A DNA stretch of 64,000 nt from an uncultured Candidatus Saccharibacteria bacterium (GCA_964510435.1 CAZEBU010000002.1:81080-145079), one strand, 5' to 3'. Shown: positions 48,537 to 58,733, numbered from the stretch's first letter. Numbers and translations: made by a program. The notes: generated from the sequence alone by a model not told the origin.

Positions 48537-50345
48537 TTAAATTTTGCCTAATTTTCTTGCCAGCTGAGTAACTTCCTGCAAATAACCGGAAACCTCACCT
48601 ACCGCCTCTTCCCAAAACGCTTCTTGGCTTATATCTACACCAAATTCCCCAAATAGGTCCTGGGGAGATTTTGACCCGCCAACAGAAAAAAGTTTGATCA
48701 CAGTTTTTATATAGTCCTTATCTTTTTTCACCCTGCTTTGTAAATATTTAGAAATAAGGAGTCCACCGGCGTACGAATAAACATAAAAGAACATTCTGAA
48801 GTGGGGAATATATATCCACCAATTATCCGCACCAAAGGCGGCCTCTCCCATATAAGCTTCCATGTGCTTTCTAAATAAAGAGCCGATTTCCTTTTTGGTA
48901 AGATAACCTTTTTCCCTAGTTTGTGTGTGCAAATCCAGTTCAAAACTATAAAAGGCCATTTGTCTAAAAATTGTGCTCACATCAGAATCCAGCTTCATGA
49001 TCATAATGGTTAGCTTATTTTCATCATCTGTATCCTTTAGGATCCTTTGCAAAACAAAATCTTCCATAAAGGTGCTAGCTACTTCGGCAATGAGAGTGAA
49101 AACACCTAGATTGAGTTCGTTTTCATGCTGGTTTATCAGTTCGTGGTGAATACCATGGCCCATTTCGTGTGCTAGGGTTAACACATCGTTTAGTTTGTCG
49201 TTGTGATTAAGCAGGATATAGCTAGGCATAGTAGTTCCGCCACTAGAACAGAAAGCTCCACTTTCCTTACCCTTATTGGGAAAAACATCAAGTTGTCCGC
49301 CATTTAAAAATTTCTTAAAGATTTCGGCAAACCGGTTATCCAAGTGATGTAGCGTTTTATAGACTAACTCGGCAGACTCTGCAAAGGAGTATTTTGCCTC
49401 AACTAAAGTGTATTCTACGTTTCGTTCGTAATAATCCAGTCTGTCCTGTTTTAAAAGCTTAGCTTTTAACTGATAATACTCCCGAGGGATATTATAGCTT
49501 TTAATTAGGGCGCAACGCAGGTTATCCACAATTTGCGAGTCAAGGTCATCAGCCAGATGTCTTTTCTCATCAGGACGAGAATAATTCCTCAATAAATCTC
49601 CTACTTTGCTGTTCTCACACACAGTATTCAACTCGTACTCGGCCACATCAAGGTGTTTCTCAAAAATTTCCTCCAATACTTGCGCAGCTTTTTTCCTAAC
49701 CTTTTTGTCTTTATTACTTGTTAAAGATAGTATTTGCGAAAAGTTCTTTTTAGCACGCTCGCCGTCTTCGTCCAATACAAATTTTTCCTCTTTGCTTAAA
49801 AATTCGCTCATCATACGCACCCAATTCCCAAAAGACATTTTATCGGTAAGGTTTAGTATTCTCTCCTCCTTTTCGGACAAAAGATGGTCAGCCATCCTAA
49901 ATAGTTTTTCCAAGTAATGTTTGTACTCCTTAAGCAGTGGGCTTTCTAGAAATTTTTTCTGGTCTTTTTGAGGAATTTTAGATATCTTCAGTTCGAAAAA
50001 CTGCACGTCGTTGGTGATGGCTACTTCAAAATCATGCAACTTGTTTTGTTTGGCCTTAATAAAACTATTTGTCTTCTCCAGAGCCGAACGCAGACCAAAA
50101 TAGTATCCTTGCTTACCACTTGTCCCATAAAGTTTTGCCCAATTTTCATATTCATGCAAAGCCTCTTTTAATATCTTGGGATATTGTAAATAGTCATCCC
50201 TTTCTTTCCATTTATTTATAAATTTATAGCTTTCCTCCTTGATTACTGCCAGCTCTTTCTCGATAGCGGGATCTCGGTCGTCCTTGAATAGGGGACTAAG
50301 ATCCCATTTGGTTTTAGAAAAATCAAGTTTCCCCATAGACGCCAT
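48537..50345 (-). CDS. pepF: oligoendopeptidase F (M3B metallopeptidase)
   Basis: 602 aa; HEMGHGIHH zinc-binding motif within an M3 fold. Confidence 0.85.
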   Translation of the reverse strand: MASMGKLDFSKTKWDLSPLFKDDRDPAIEKELAVIKEESYKFINKWKERDDYLQYPKILKEALHEYENWAKLYGTSGKQGYYFGLRSALEKTNSFIKAKQNKLHDFEVAITNDVQFFELKISKIPQKDQKKFLESPLLKEYKHYLEKLFRMADHLLSEKEERILNLTDKMSFGNWVRMMSEFLSKEEKFVLDEDGERAKKNFSQILSLTSNKDKKVRKKAAQVLEEIFEKHLDVAEYELNTVCENSKVGDLLRNYSRPDEKRHLADDLDSQIVDNLRCALIKSYNIPREYYQLKAKLLKQDRLDYYERNVEYTLVEAKYSFAESAELVYKTLHHLDNRFAEIFKKFLNGGQLDVFPNKGKESGAFCSSGGTTMPSYILLNHNDKLNDVLTLAHEMGHGIHHELINQHENELNLGVFTLIAEVASTFMEDFVLQRILKDTDDENKLTIMIMKLDSDVSTIFRQMAFYSFELDLHTQTREKGYLTKKEIGSLFRKHMEAYMGEAAFGADNWWIYIPHFRMFFYVYSYAGGLLISKYLQSRVKKDKDYIKTVIKLFSVGGSKSPQDLFGEFGVDISQEAFWEEAVGEVSGYLQEVTQLARKLGKI

Positions 50346-50467
50346 GTGTGGATTATATCACACACGAGAGTGCTTTTAGCTGGTATATAGGCGTATTCTT
50401 ACGGCTATAATAGTTGACAGTGGTTCTCGTTTATGATATATTTCCAGAGTTAATTTATGGAAATTAT

Positions 50468-50493
50468 CCCCATGCGCAGGGGCATTTTTTTTT
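50468..50493 (+). terminator. GC hairpin + T9 in the greA leader (attenuator/terminator-like)
   Basis: ccccatgcgcagggg followed by ttttttttt, ~60 nt upstream of the likely GreA start (MLDKNKLYI at about 50555). Confidence 0.35.
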
Positions 50494-50506
50494 AGTGTAA
50501 ACTAAA

Positions 50507-51019
50507 ATGACATCCCATAAAAACAACGCCCAAGAAGTAAATTTAAGTAAATTTATGCTAGACAAAAACAAATTGTATATAACTAAAGACGGACTAAAGA
50601 AATTGAAAGGCGAATTAAAGGCACTTATCGAGGTTAAAAGACCGGAAGTTGCTCTGAATATTCAGTCCGCTAGAGAAATGGGAGACATTTCGGAAAATGC
50701 AGCTTATGACGAGGCCAAAAGAGAACAGGCGTTTGTGGAAGGCCGGATATCAGAGTTAGAGGAGATTATCAAGAATTCAAAGATCGCTGAGGTGAGTAAA
50801 GGAGACGCTATTGTCGTAGGATCAAGGGTTGTGGTACACATTGATGGTGATGAAGAAGAGTTTCACATTGTGGGCGCTCCTGAAGCCAACCCCACAGAAG
50901 GAAAAATTTCTCACGAATCACCTCTTGGTTCCTCTCTGCTTGGTAAAAAAGTGGGAGATAAAATTAATGTCGAAGTTCCTATCGGCAAACTAACCTATAC
51001 CATATTAAAAATAAAGTAG
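50507..51019 (+). CDS. greA: transcription elongation factor GreA
   Basis: 170-aa ORF; an N-terminal coiled-coil with acidic tip (GDISENAAYDEAKREQAF) and a C-terminal FKBP-like domain. The true start is probably the internal Met at about 50555. Confidence 0.9.
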   Translation: MTSHKNNAQEVNLSKFMLDKNKLYITKDGLKKLKGELKALIEVKRPEVALNIQSAREMGDISENAAYDEAKREQAFVEGRISELEEIIKNSKIAEVSKGDAIVVGSRVVVHIDGDEEEFHIVGAPEANPTEGKISHESPLGSSLLGKKVGDKINVEVPIGKLTYTILKIK

Positions 51020-51053
51020 AAATCTTGCTACCAACAATAGCTAGATTAGTTAA

Positions 51054-51078
51054 AACGCCTCAGGAGGCGTTTTTTTAT
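51054..51078 (+). terminator. rho-independent terminator of greA
   Basis: aacgcct-cagg-aggcgtt is a 7-bp stem, followed by ttttttt. Confidence 0.65.
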
Positions 51079-51107
51079 TAGCTAAAAAGTGTTAAATTAG
51101 ATGTATT

Positions 51108-53204
51108 ATGGCTAATTTAAAAGAGTTAAGAAAAGAAAGGATAAAAAAGCTCGAAAAACTCAGAGAAATAGGTATTGATCCCTATCCTTCCAGCTCTAAA
51201 AAAGATCTTTCAAACCTTGAGGCCACCATTAATCATGAGGATTACAGAAACAAATCACTACATCTCACCGGCAGAATTCTCTCTTTGAGAGAGCATAATA
51301 AGCTGGTTTTTATAGATCTGCACGATTATTCGGGTAAGGTACAACTTTATATCAAAGATGACAAACTAAAAAAGACTAACGTTCAGGAGCAAATCCTAGG
51401 GTTTTCTGATCTGCATCTTCTCGATATTGGTGACTTCATAGAAGCTGAAGGGAAAATGACAAAAACAAAAACCGGTGAAGTTTCTCTGCAGGTATCTTCC
51501 CTAAAGATCCTAGCTAAAGCGATCCGTCCTTTACCGGAAAAGAGGGAGGGATTAAAGGATGCGGAAACAATTTTTCGAAAAAGATACCTGGATCTGGCCA
51601 CCAAACCTGAACGGAGAGAACTTTTTGCCAGAAAATCAAGATATTGGCAAGCTAGCAGAAATTTCTTGAATAACAAGGGGTTTATTGAAGTAGAAACTCC
51701 CATTTTGGAACATGTTACCGGCGGTGCCGATGCCAAACCGTTTATTACTCATCATGACGCTCTTGACGAGGATTTTTTCTTGAGGATCTCCTCAGAGTTA
51801 TATTTAAAAAGACTAATTGGGGGCGGATTCGAAAAAATATACACCTTTGGGGCAAACTTCAGAAATGAGGGCCTGAGCGACGAGCACCTGCAGGAATTTT
51901 ATCAACTAGAATGGTACTGGGCTTATGCAGACTACCGACAAAATATGGCCTTGGTAAAAGAAATGTTTAGACATATAGCCAAAGAGATCTATCAAAAAAC
52001 CGATTTCGTGAAAAACGATTATAAGTTTGACCTGGCCGACAAGTGGGAAGAAATCGAGTATGTAAAAATAATTAAGGATAAATTTAAAGTAGATGTCTTT
52101 GAAACCTCCGACGAGATGGTGCTAAATATACTTAAGGAAAATAATGTCACCCTCCCGGGCACGGTTAATAGAAACAGATTAATAGACAATTTATGGAAAC
52201 TTGCCCGCAAAGATATTTCCGGACCAGCCTTTTTAATTGATCTACCAAATTTTATATCACCATTGGCAAAAGAACTCCCAGGCAGTAAGCGTCTAACGGA
52301 GCGGTTTCAGGTTATCATCGCTGGTAGTGAGTTGGGAAATGGCTACAGCGAGTTGAACGATCCTTTCGATCAGTTAGCAAGGTTTAAGGAACAGCAAGCG
52401 GCCAGGGATGCCGGTGATGAGGAAGCGCAAATGCTAGATATTGATTATGTAGAGATGCTCGAATACGGTATGCCGCCAACTTCCGGATATGGACAAAGTG
52501 AAAGGATCTTCTGGTTTTTAGAAAATATCACCGCCAGGGAAGGAACTCTTTTTCCTCAGATGAGAAAAAAGGTCGATGAAGTAAATAAGGATATTTATCA
52601 ACTATCTGCGGCAAACCACCAAAAAGCATCACCCGAATTACCGGAGCTACCTAGGACAGTAGAATTTTCCAAAGAGGCGGTACACCCCCTCTTGGAAAAT
52701 TTTGTAGACGATAACTATCAAAAATTACACGCCAAAATGGTGGCCAAGGGTATGGAGGCCTATGCCGAATCATTCGGGGAAGATAAAGATCTCTGGTATA
52801 TCACTGGTTTACTCCATGATCTAGATTATTTCAAATTTCCGGATGAACATCCTTTAGTAGAGCTTGTCTGGTTTAAAAAATGGCACTTTCCCGACCAATT
52901 TCTGCATGCGGTTGCTTCTCATGCCCATAAAAAAACAGGTGTTGAGCCGGAAACCAAAATCGCTCATGCTTTAATGGCTATTGATGAGCTGGCAGGCTTT
53001 TTGTATGCCTACTCGCTAATGAGACCGGAAGGTTTTACCGGTATGAAAGCCAAATCAGTTAAGAAAAAGTTCAAAGACAAAGCCTTTGCCAGAAAAGTAG
53101 ATAGAGAAGAAATTAAAGCGGGTTTTAGCAATCTAGGGATAGATTTCTCCAAACATATAGACTTTCTAATAGAAATCTATCGAGAAATGGATGAATTTAA
53201 ATAG
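51108..53204 (+). CDS. lysS: lysyl-tRNA synthetase (class II) fused to a C-terminal HD-domain
   Basis: 698 aa. Residues 1-~490 hold the OB anticodon-binding domain and class II core (FRNEGLSDEHLQEFYQLEWYWAY, motif 3 GYGQSERIFWFL). The C-terminal ~190 aa carry an HD domain (LHAKMV...LLHDLD...ASHAH...AIDE). Confidence 0.9.
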   Translation: MANLKELRKERIKKLEKLREIGIDPYPSSSKKDLSNLEATINHEDYRNKSLHLTGRILSLREHNKLVFIDLHDYSGKVQLYIKDDKLKKTNVQEQILGFSDLHLLDIGDFIEAEGKMTKTKTGEVSLQVSSLKILAKAIRPLPEKREGLKDAETIFRKRYLDLATKPERRELFARKSRYWQASRNFLNNKGFIEVETPILEHVTGGADAKPFITHHDALDEDFFLRISSELYLKRLIGGGFEKIYTFGANFRNEGLSDEHLQEFYQLEWYWAYADYRQNMALVKEMFRHIAKEIYQKTDFVKNDYKFDLADKWEEIEYVKIIKDKFKVDVFETSDEMVLNILKENNVTLPGTVNRNRLIDNLWKLARKDISGPAFLIDLPNFISPLAKELPGSKRLTERFQVIIAGSELGNGYSELNDPFDQLARFKEQQAARDAGDEEAQMLDIDYVEMLEYGMPPTSGYGQSERIFWFLENITAREGTLFPQMRKKVDEVNKDIYQLSAANHQKASPELPELPRTVEFSKEAVHPLLENFVDDNYQKLHAKMVAKGMEAYAESFGEDKDLWYITGLLHDLDYFKFPDEHPLVELVWFKKWHFPDQFLHAVASHAHKKTGVEPETKIAHALMAIDELAGFLYAYSLMRPEGFTGMKAKSVKKKFKDKAFARKVDREEIKAGFSNLGIDFSKHIDFLIEIYREMDEFK

Positions 53205-53207
53205 AAT

Positions 53208-54434
53208 ATGAATAATACCGAACAAACTGCCTCTGCTCAAGAAAGTACTGAACCCGAAGATAGTATTTTAACTAAGGAGGTTATACAAAAGAAAAAAGAA
53301 CGTTTTTCTCAGGGAGTTAAAACAGCCATCTTTATTTCTATCGGTTTTCTCATCTTCTTTTCTTTGCTTTTCATTTTCATCACTATTTACAATCGCACCA
53401 AGGACACCTATGTAGTTTCCACCACAGATCCTGAAAATATAGGGCAGGAGATTGTTATCATCAACCCGGAAGAGAAGCAGCCGAAAGAAGAGTGGGAAAA
53501 ATACGGCAATGAGAAATTTAGGTTTTCCTTTAACTACCCTCCCGGGGACAGATTTTTCCTTGACGAAGAGATCAGGGAGGATTATTTTGTAAAAATCATT
53601 GCCGATGACACTATACCGCATGAGAACACCACAGGTAGAAATTTGATCAAGGGGTATATTTTCGTCATCAATCCGCTGCAAATAGCTATCAGAGATATTG
53701 ATAGCGTAGTCAGTCTAAAAAGAGAGTGGTATGTTGAACAATGTGATCAATCCGCAAATGTAACTGGTATAAAAAGTGTGGTTCTTAATGAAGTAGAGGG
53801 CAAAGGTTTTGAAGTCTTTAATTGCAATAGTGATTATCGAGTAGCCTACTACGCCGCTAACGACCTCGTTTATGAAGTAACACAAGTTTATAAAGGGGAC
53901 ATAGGTTTTGAACAACTGTATAAAACTACTGTGGGACTTATTAATGATTCGGTCTTGATCAACATCACTCCTCCTGATACCGGGCCTTACACGTTATTTG
54001 AAAATGTGAGAGAGGGTTTTTCCTTTGAATACGACAAAACCATGGACAACGAATGCTGTTTTGTACCCTCGCCACCGGATAGAACTGCAAAAATAAATAT
54101 TACTTTATCCGAGGGAAGCAACTTAGCTGCTATTGGTTTCTTTACCATCCGCTCAGATCCAGCAAAAACTTTACTTGAATACCTAGAAGAAAAAAAGCAG
54201 ATCCTCATCGACGACTATAAAGTTATTAAAGGGCATGAGCCAAACGGTACAGTAACAGAGTTTAAATTAGGAGGACAAAAAGCTTACTATCTTTCCGGTT
54301 ATTCTTGGAAAGGAAATGACTTGATCTACACAACTCTGCCAAAAAGTAATAGCTACCTCATTATTTCCAAAACTAATCTTTCAGATGAAAACTACCAAGC
54401 CATCGTGAACTCTTTGAAAATACTTACCCGATAA
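53208..54434 (+). CDS. hypothetical N-terminally anchored protein
   Basis: 408 aa; one TM helix (AIFISIGFLIFFSLLFIFITIY) and a large extracytoplasmic domain. Confidence 0.5.
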   Translation: MNNTEQTASAQESTEPEDSILTKEVIQKKKERFSQGVKTAIFISIGFLIFFSLLFIFITIYNRTKDTYVVSTTDPENIGQEIVIINPEEKQPKEEWEKYGNEKFRFSFNYPPGDRFFLDEEIREDYFVKIIADDTIPHENTTGRNLIKGYIFVINPLQIAIRDIDSVVSLKREWYVEQCDQSANVTGIKSVVLNEVEGKGFEVFNCNSDYRVAYYAANDLVYEVTQVYKGDIGFEQLYKTTVGLINDSVLINITPPDTGPYTLFENVREGFSFEYDKTMDNECCFVPSPPDRTAKINITLSEGSNLAAIGFFTIRSDPAKTLLEYLEEKKQILIDDYKVIKGHEPNGTVTEFKLGGQKAYYLSGYSWKGNDLIYTTLPKSNSYLIISKTNLSDENYQAIVNSLKILTR

Positions 54435-54972
54435 ACTCAGTGATCAAACTTTTAAAAAGGCTGAGGTCTCCGTAGTAATGGTCGTTTCCTTCAAGTTCTA
54501 TGGTTTTGTGATTTTCCACTTCCTGCACTTTTAGATAAGTGCACATATCTTGGTAGAAAAATACAGGATCCAAAGATTTTTGGATAAAAAGGGTGGAGAT
54601 AGTGTACTTTTTGACCCATTTGTCAACTTCAAAACCACAGTACTTTCCCCATTCAACGGGTAAACCTACAAAAACGCATTTTTTAGGTTTTAAGATCCCT
54701 TTAAAGATTCCCTTCAGACCTAGTAGCGCTCCGGCAGATTTGCCAAAAACCAGGTAGTTTTCGTACTGATCTATAACTTTTGACACCTCCAAAAGTTCAT
54801 GGTCCAGCAGAATTACCGGCTCTCCGGTTTCCCAATGTCTATAATATTGAATATAAGTTTTGTTGAAAAGAGGTTTTAAAACTTCTTCCACATCCCGAAT
54901 CCATTTCTTGTGTGCAAAGCTATTTCCTGAAAATAATATTAGATCCATACTTTTATTTTGAGTGGGCAGCAA
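54424..54972 (-). CDS. small alpha/beta-hydrolase-fold protein
   Basis: 182 aa; nucleophile elbow GxSxG (FGKSAGA). Confidence 0.45.
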   Translation of the reverse strand: MLPTQNKSMDLILFSGNSFAHKKWIRDVEEVLKPLFNKTYIQYYRHWETGEPVILLDHELLEVSKVIDQYENYLVFGKSAGALLGLKGIFKGILKPKKCVFVGLPVEWGKYCGFEVDKWVKKYTISTLFIQKSLDPVFFYQDMCTYLKVQEVENHKTIELEGNDHYYGDLSLFKSLITEFIG

Positions 54973-55888
54973 AAAATTCCCAGATCAAATCAGTGGCTCG
55001 TACACTCCTCCCGGAGATATTTTTTACGAGTTCAAATAAACCTCCCGGCCAAACATGCTTGGTGTTTACTGCGTAAAAAATAATTTCCGAGGAATTTTCA
55101 CAGTCAGCATAGATTTCTTTTGCGTAGTGATCAGTTTTTGATATTTCCGAAGGACGTTTAGTGCATTTATTGTTATCCAGCCAAAAATTCAACGAATCAT
55201 ACGCACCCGTAAACTCAAAAACATCATCTCTGCCGTTGCCTCCGGCAAAAGGTATGGAACTATCCTCTTTCCCATGGATTAGTATGATCGGCACCGGCGA
55301 AAAAGTTTTCTCTAATAATTTAAACTCCTCATCATCCTCATGTTTTCCACCCACAGCAGCACCAACAGGCGCAACGGCTGCTATCTTGTCATTAAGCTTC
55401 AGAGCAACCAAATGAGCCATCATACCGCCACTAGAGTACCCGGTAACATAAATTCTCGATACATCAACACTATATTCTTCGGATAATTTACCTATTAAGT
55501 GTCTCACATAACCAATATCATCGATGTTCTTCTCTTGCGCATACCCGCAACAAAATTCGCTATTCCAAGAATAAGGAGATAGAGACCTATCCTTGGAACC
55601 ATAGGGGTATAAAACAATAAATCCCTCCCTATCTGCTTTCATACTCAATCCCGTAACGATCTCCATGATCCTTGGGTTGTCCGAATATCCATGAAAGGCA
55701 ATGACCAGAGGGTAGTTAGTTTTATTGTTGTATCCCCTGGGCAAATGTAAACGATATTTTCTTTGTACATTGTCAAAGTCTGTGTAGTGTTCCTTTGATC
55801 TAAAAGTTGTTAGGCCTACAAAGACAGATATTCCTAAAAGTATTAATATAAGAATGGAAACAAAAAAATTTTTCAACATACCGTACAT
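54953..55888 (-). CDS. esterase, PHB-depolymerase family (alpha/beta hydrolase)
   Basis: 311 aa; an N-terminal TM/signal, GYSSGG nucleophile motif, and RIYVTGYSSGGMMAH. Confidence 0.7.
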   Translation of the reverse strand: MYGMLKNFFVSILILILLGISVFVGLTTFRSKEHYTDFDNVQRKYRLHLPRGYNNKTNYPLVIAFHGYSDNPRIMEIVTGLSMKADREGFIVLYPYGSKDRSLSPYSWNSEFCCGYAQEKNIDDIGYVRHLIGKLSEEYSVDVSRIYVTGYSSGGMMAHLVALKLNDKIAAVAPVGAAVGGKHEDDEEFKLLEKTFSPVPIILIHGKEDSSIPFAGGNGRDDVFEFTGAYDSLNFWLDNNKCTKRPSEISKTDHYAKEIYADCENSSEIIFYAVNTKHVWPGGLFELVKNISGRSVRATDLIWEFFAAHSK

Positions 55889-55897
55889 CGATTATAT

Positions 55898-56617
55898 ATG
55901 AGAGATGTAAAAATAAAAAAGTATTTAAAAAAAATGCATTATTCTTATGCTCTTGGTTTGATTCCCACCATCGAACTACTGCGCATAAAACCTACTAAGG
56001 CAATCAAGGTTCTTTTTAAAGAACAATCGGATAACTACCTGGAAACAGAAAAAATTAAACATCTCTGCAGAAAAAACAGAATAAAATTTGAATACAATGA
56101 TAGATGGGTAAACAAAATATCCCACAAGAAAAACACCTACGCAGTGGGGATCTTCGAAAAATACCAGGCGGAACTTGAGAGAAATAACAACCATATAGTT
56201 TTAATAAACCCTAGTGACATGGGAAATCTAGGAACAGTTATCAGATCGATGGTAGCTTTTAACTTTAAAGATTTGGCCCTATTAACTCCGGCTACGGACA
56301 TTTTCGATCCAAAAGTGGTCAGTACTACCACAGGTGCGTTATTCAAGATAAATTTTAAACATTATGAGACTTTTGCGGAATACTCTGAGGAATTTGAATT
56401 TCATAACTTGTATTTTTTTACTATGGATGGTGAAAAGAAAGTAAAATCAGCTAAATTCTCTAAGCCTTACAGTTTAATTTTTGGAAACGAAAGCAAAGGA
56501 ATTGATAAAGATCTTCTCATCTTGGGAAACACGGTACGGATACCTCACAGCGAGAACATAGAGTCTCTAAATCTAGCCGTATCAGCTTCTATTGGTATGT
56601 TTGAGGCATCACATTAG
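55898..56617 (+). CDS. SpoU/TrmH-family RNA 2'-O-methyltransferase
   Basis: 239 aa; SPOUT motifs (VLINPSDMGNLGTVIRS, LIFGNESKGI, NLAVSASI). Confidence 0.8.
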   Translation: MRDVKIKKYLKKMHYSYALGLIPTIELLRIKPTKAIKVLFKEQSDNYLETEKIKHLCRKNRIKFEYNDRWVNKISHKKNTYAVGIFEKYQAELERNNNHIVLINPSDMGNLGTVIRSMVAFNFKDLALLTPATDIFDPKVVSTTTGALFKINFKHYETFAEYSEEFEFHNLYFFTMDGEKKVKSAKFSKPYSLIFGNESKGIDKDLLILGNTVRIPHSENIESLNLAVSASIGMFEASH

Positions 56618-57171
56618 GTATTTTTCCACTTAATATTGCAGCCAACACTTGGTTTCTGTTCAACATCTACTGGCTTGCCTTCCAGAAGGAGATCTATGAC
56701 ATTCCTTAGATCCTCTCCCGTCACGGGAATATTGTTTTCCGGCCGGCTATCGTCCATCTGGCCACGGTAAACTAGTTCTCTATCTTTATCAAAAACAAAA
56801 AAATCGGGCGTACAGGCAGCTTTGTAGGCCTTGGCCACCTCTTGCTGCTCATCGAAAACATAGCTAAACGGGTAAGCATACTTCTTAGCATAAAGCTCCA
56901 TATTAGCAAAACTATCTTCCAGATACTGCTTGGCATCATTAGAATTAATGGCAACAAAACCTACATCTTTTTCGAGATAATCATTTACCAGATCAACGAG
57001 TCCGGGAATAATGTGTTTCACATAAGGACAATGGTTGCAAATAAAGGCCACAACTAATAACTCAGTTTCTTCGAAATCACCTAAGGATACGGTACCGCTG
57101 GTGACTGCGGGAAGCGTAAAATCCGGAGCTTTTGTTCCCAGGGGTATCATATTTGAAGGAGTCAAAACCAT
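56614..57171 (-). CDS. thioredoxin-fold redoxin (AhpC/TSA/TlpA-like)
   Basis: 185 aa; a CxxC active site (CNHCPY) within a thioredoxin-like fold. Confidence 0.75.
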   Translation of the reverse strand: MVLTPSNMIPLGTKAPDFTLPAVTSGTVSLGDFEETELLVVAFICNHCPYVKHIIPGLVDLVNDYLEKDVGFVAINSNDAKQYLEDSFANMELYAKKYAYPFSYVFDEQQEVAKAYKAACTPDFFVFDKDRELVYRGQMDDSRPENNIPVTGEDLRNVIDLLLEGKPVDVEQKPSVGCNIKWKNT

Positions 57172-57379
57172 ATTGCCCAGTATAGCACATCAATTTATTA
57201 GTCAATATGGAATAAAAAAAGAGGCGCACAATATCCAAGCGGTTAGCTAGGGCACGGCACGCCACGTCTTACCACCCTTTTCACGTTTTCCCGGAGAGGG
57301 GGGAGTGGGGAAGGTAAGTAGAACTTAGATGCTATTCTACTACAAATAGGGATATTTTAAAAATCTAAAAAAAGCCAAG

Positions 57380-58606
57380 TTATCTAGTTAGCACTAAAGC
57401 ACTAGGCAAACTCCTGCCGGGACCTACCACATATCTACCATCAATATACATGGCAGAAGAACCGCCGCCGTCTAAGTTTAGGGCATGCTTGGCACCCAAA
57501 GCTCTCATGGCATAGGCTGCCTCTTCCACCGTGGCGCTGGTGATTATTGCCAAATACAAATTTTCATTACCCATACCAAGTGCTCCACGTGTGCCCTTAA
57601 TTTTCTGATACGAGGTTAGATCGCCATCTTTGACCACGACTTCTCCGTTTTTTAACAATGATGGGTAATTTGACACCCCCGCATCCACGCTATCTCCACC
57701 ATATTCGTTGGATTTCTTATAAAATTTGAAGGAACTTCCCCTAAAGGTAAACAAGCCTGTTTTATTCCATGATAAGGCATCTTTGTTGATCCATTTTCCT
57801 CTGCTCGAATGATACAGGGCATAGTCAAAAGAGTTAACTTTACCGCCACAGGATGAATAGTCGGGTGGACAAAAGTATGCGCCGTTCATACCGGCAAATC
57901 CACCATTTTCACTAACATATTCGTGTAGAGGTTTTGTCGGGCAGTTATCAGAACAGTCTCCGGAAGAAGCCGCCACTGTTTTTACCCTCACCCCTGATAA
58001 AGCAACTTTGATCAAGTAAACTCCATGACTTCCCTTTTCCGTTTGTACGGTGATATAAGTATAACCAGAGGAAGGTGGTGGCGGAGGAGGCGGTAAAGTA
58101 GCCAGATATTTATCATATGATTCGTCCAACTTTGAATTCTCTTCCGCAATCTCCTCTACTAAACCCTCAAATTCCTGATCAATAATTTTTTGTCCCCATT
58201 TGTCTATACTACTTAAGCTTTCCTCTGTTTCTAAGCCAGAATTTTCATTTCTTTTTACTTTAGCTTCAAAATCACCGTAAAGTTCATAAACTTCATTGAC
58301 ATTGGCTACCAAACTTCCTTCGGGTGTATTTTTAAATAGTTCTATCTCCTCCTCCAAATTTGCTAGCTGGTTTTCTAAATTCTGAGCTTCCAAAAGAGCT
58401 AAATGCTCATTAAATAGTTCTTCGGATAAGTTTTCTTTAAAATTTTCCTGGGCCTCCTTAACTTGGCTGTAACTTAAACCCAGATTGCTTATCTCATTTT
58501 GCGAGCGCACAAACAGAAAGCTCAATAACAATATGGGTGCATAAATCAAAATGGCAGCGAAGACCACCGCATAGATGTGTTTTTTCCTAGGATGGGGCAG
58601 TTTCAT
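57380..58606 (-). CDS. phosphodiester glycosidase-family protein (NAGPA-like), membrane-anchored
   Basis: 408 aa; N-terminal TM helix, coiled-coil, a poly-Pro linker, and a C-terminal domain with LNLDGGGSS typical of PF09992. Confidence 0.7.
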   Translation of the reverse strand: MKLPHPRKKHIYAVVFAAILIYAPILLLSFLFVRSQNEISNLGLSYSQVKEAQENFKENLSEELFNEHLALLEAQNLENQLANLEEEIELFKNTPEGSLVANVNEVYELYGDFEAKVKRNENSGLETEESLSSIDKWGQKIIDQEFEGLVEEIAEENSKLDESYDKYLATLPPPPPPPSSGYTYITVQTEKGSHGVYLIKVALSGVRVKTVAASSGDCSDNCPTKPLHEYVSENGGFAGMNGAYFCPPDYSSCGGKVNSFDYALYHSSRGKWINKDALSWNKTGLFTFRGSSFKFYKKSNEYGGDSVDAGVSNYPSLLKNGEVVVKDGDLTSYQKIKGTRGALGMGNENLYLAIITSATVEEAAYAMRALGAKHALNLDGGGSSAMYIDGRYVVGPGRSLPSALVLTR

Positions 58607-58677
58607 ACTTTTGTTAATGATATGTTAAATTTAGGCTTTTTAAAAGAAAGAGCCTGTTTAACGCTGGTAAGCTCATT

Positions 58678-58705
58678 TTCAAAAAAACCCAACATGTCGT
58701 ATAAT
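58678..58705 (+). promoter_or_regulatory. sigma70-like promoter (TTCAAA-N16-TATAAT)
   Basis: ttcaaa at 58678-58683 and tataat at 58700-58705, 28 nt upstream of the ATG at 58734. Confidence 0.4.
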
Positions 58706-58733
58706 CCCTAGGACAACACATCGCATAAATAAA

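Noticed and set aside
57236-57320. tRNA gene in the GC-rich pocket between the redoxin and phosphodiester-glycosidase genes
   Set aside because: The D-arm-like TAGCTAGGG lacks a complementary stem. No T-loop consensus, anticodon stem or acceptor pairing on either strand.
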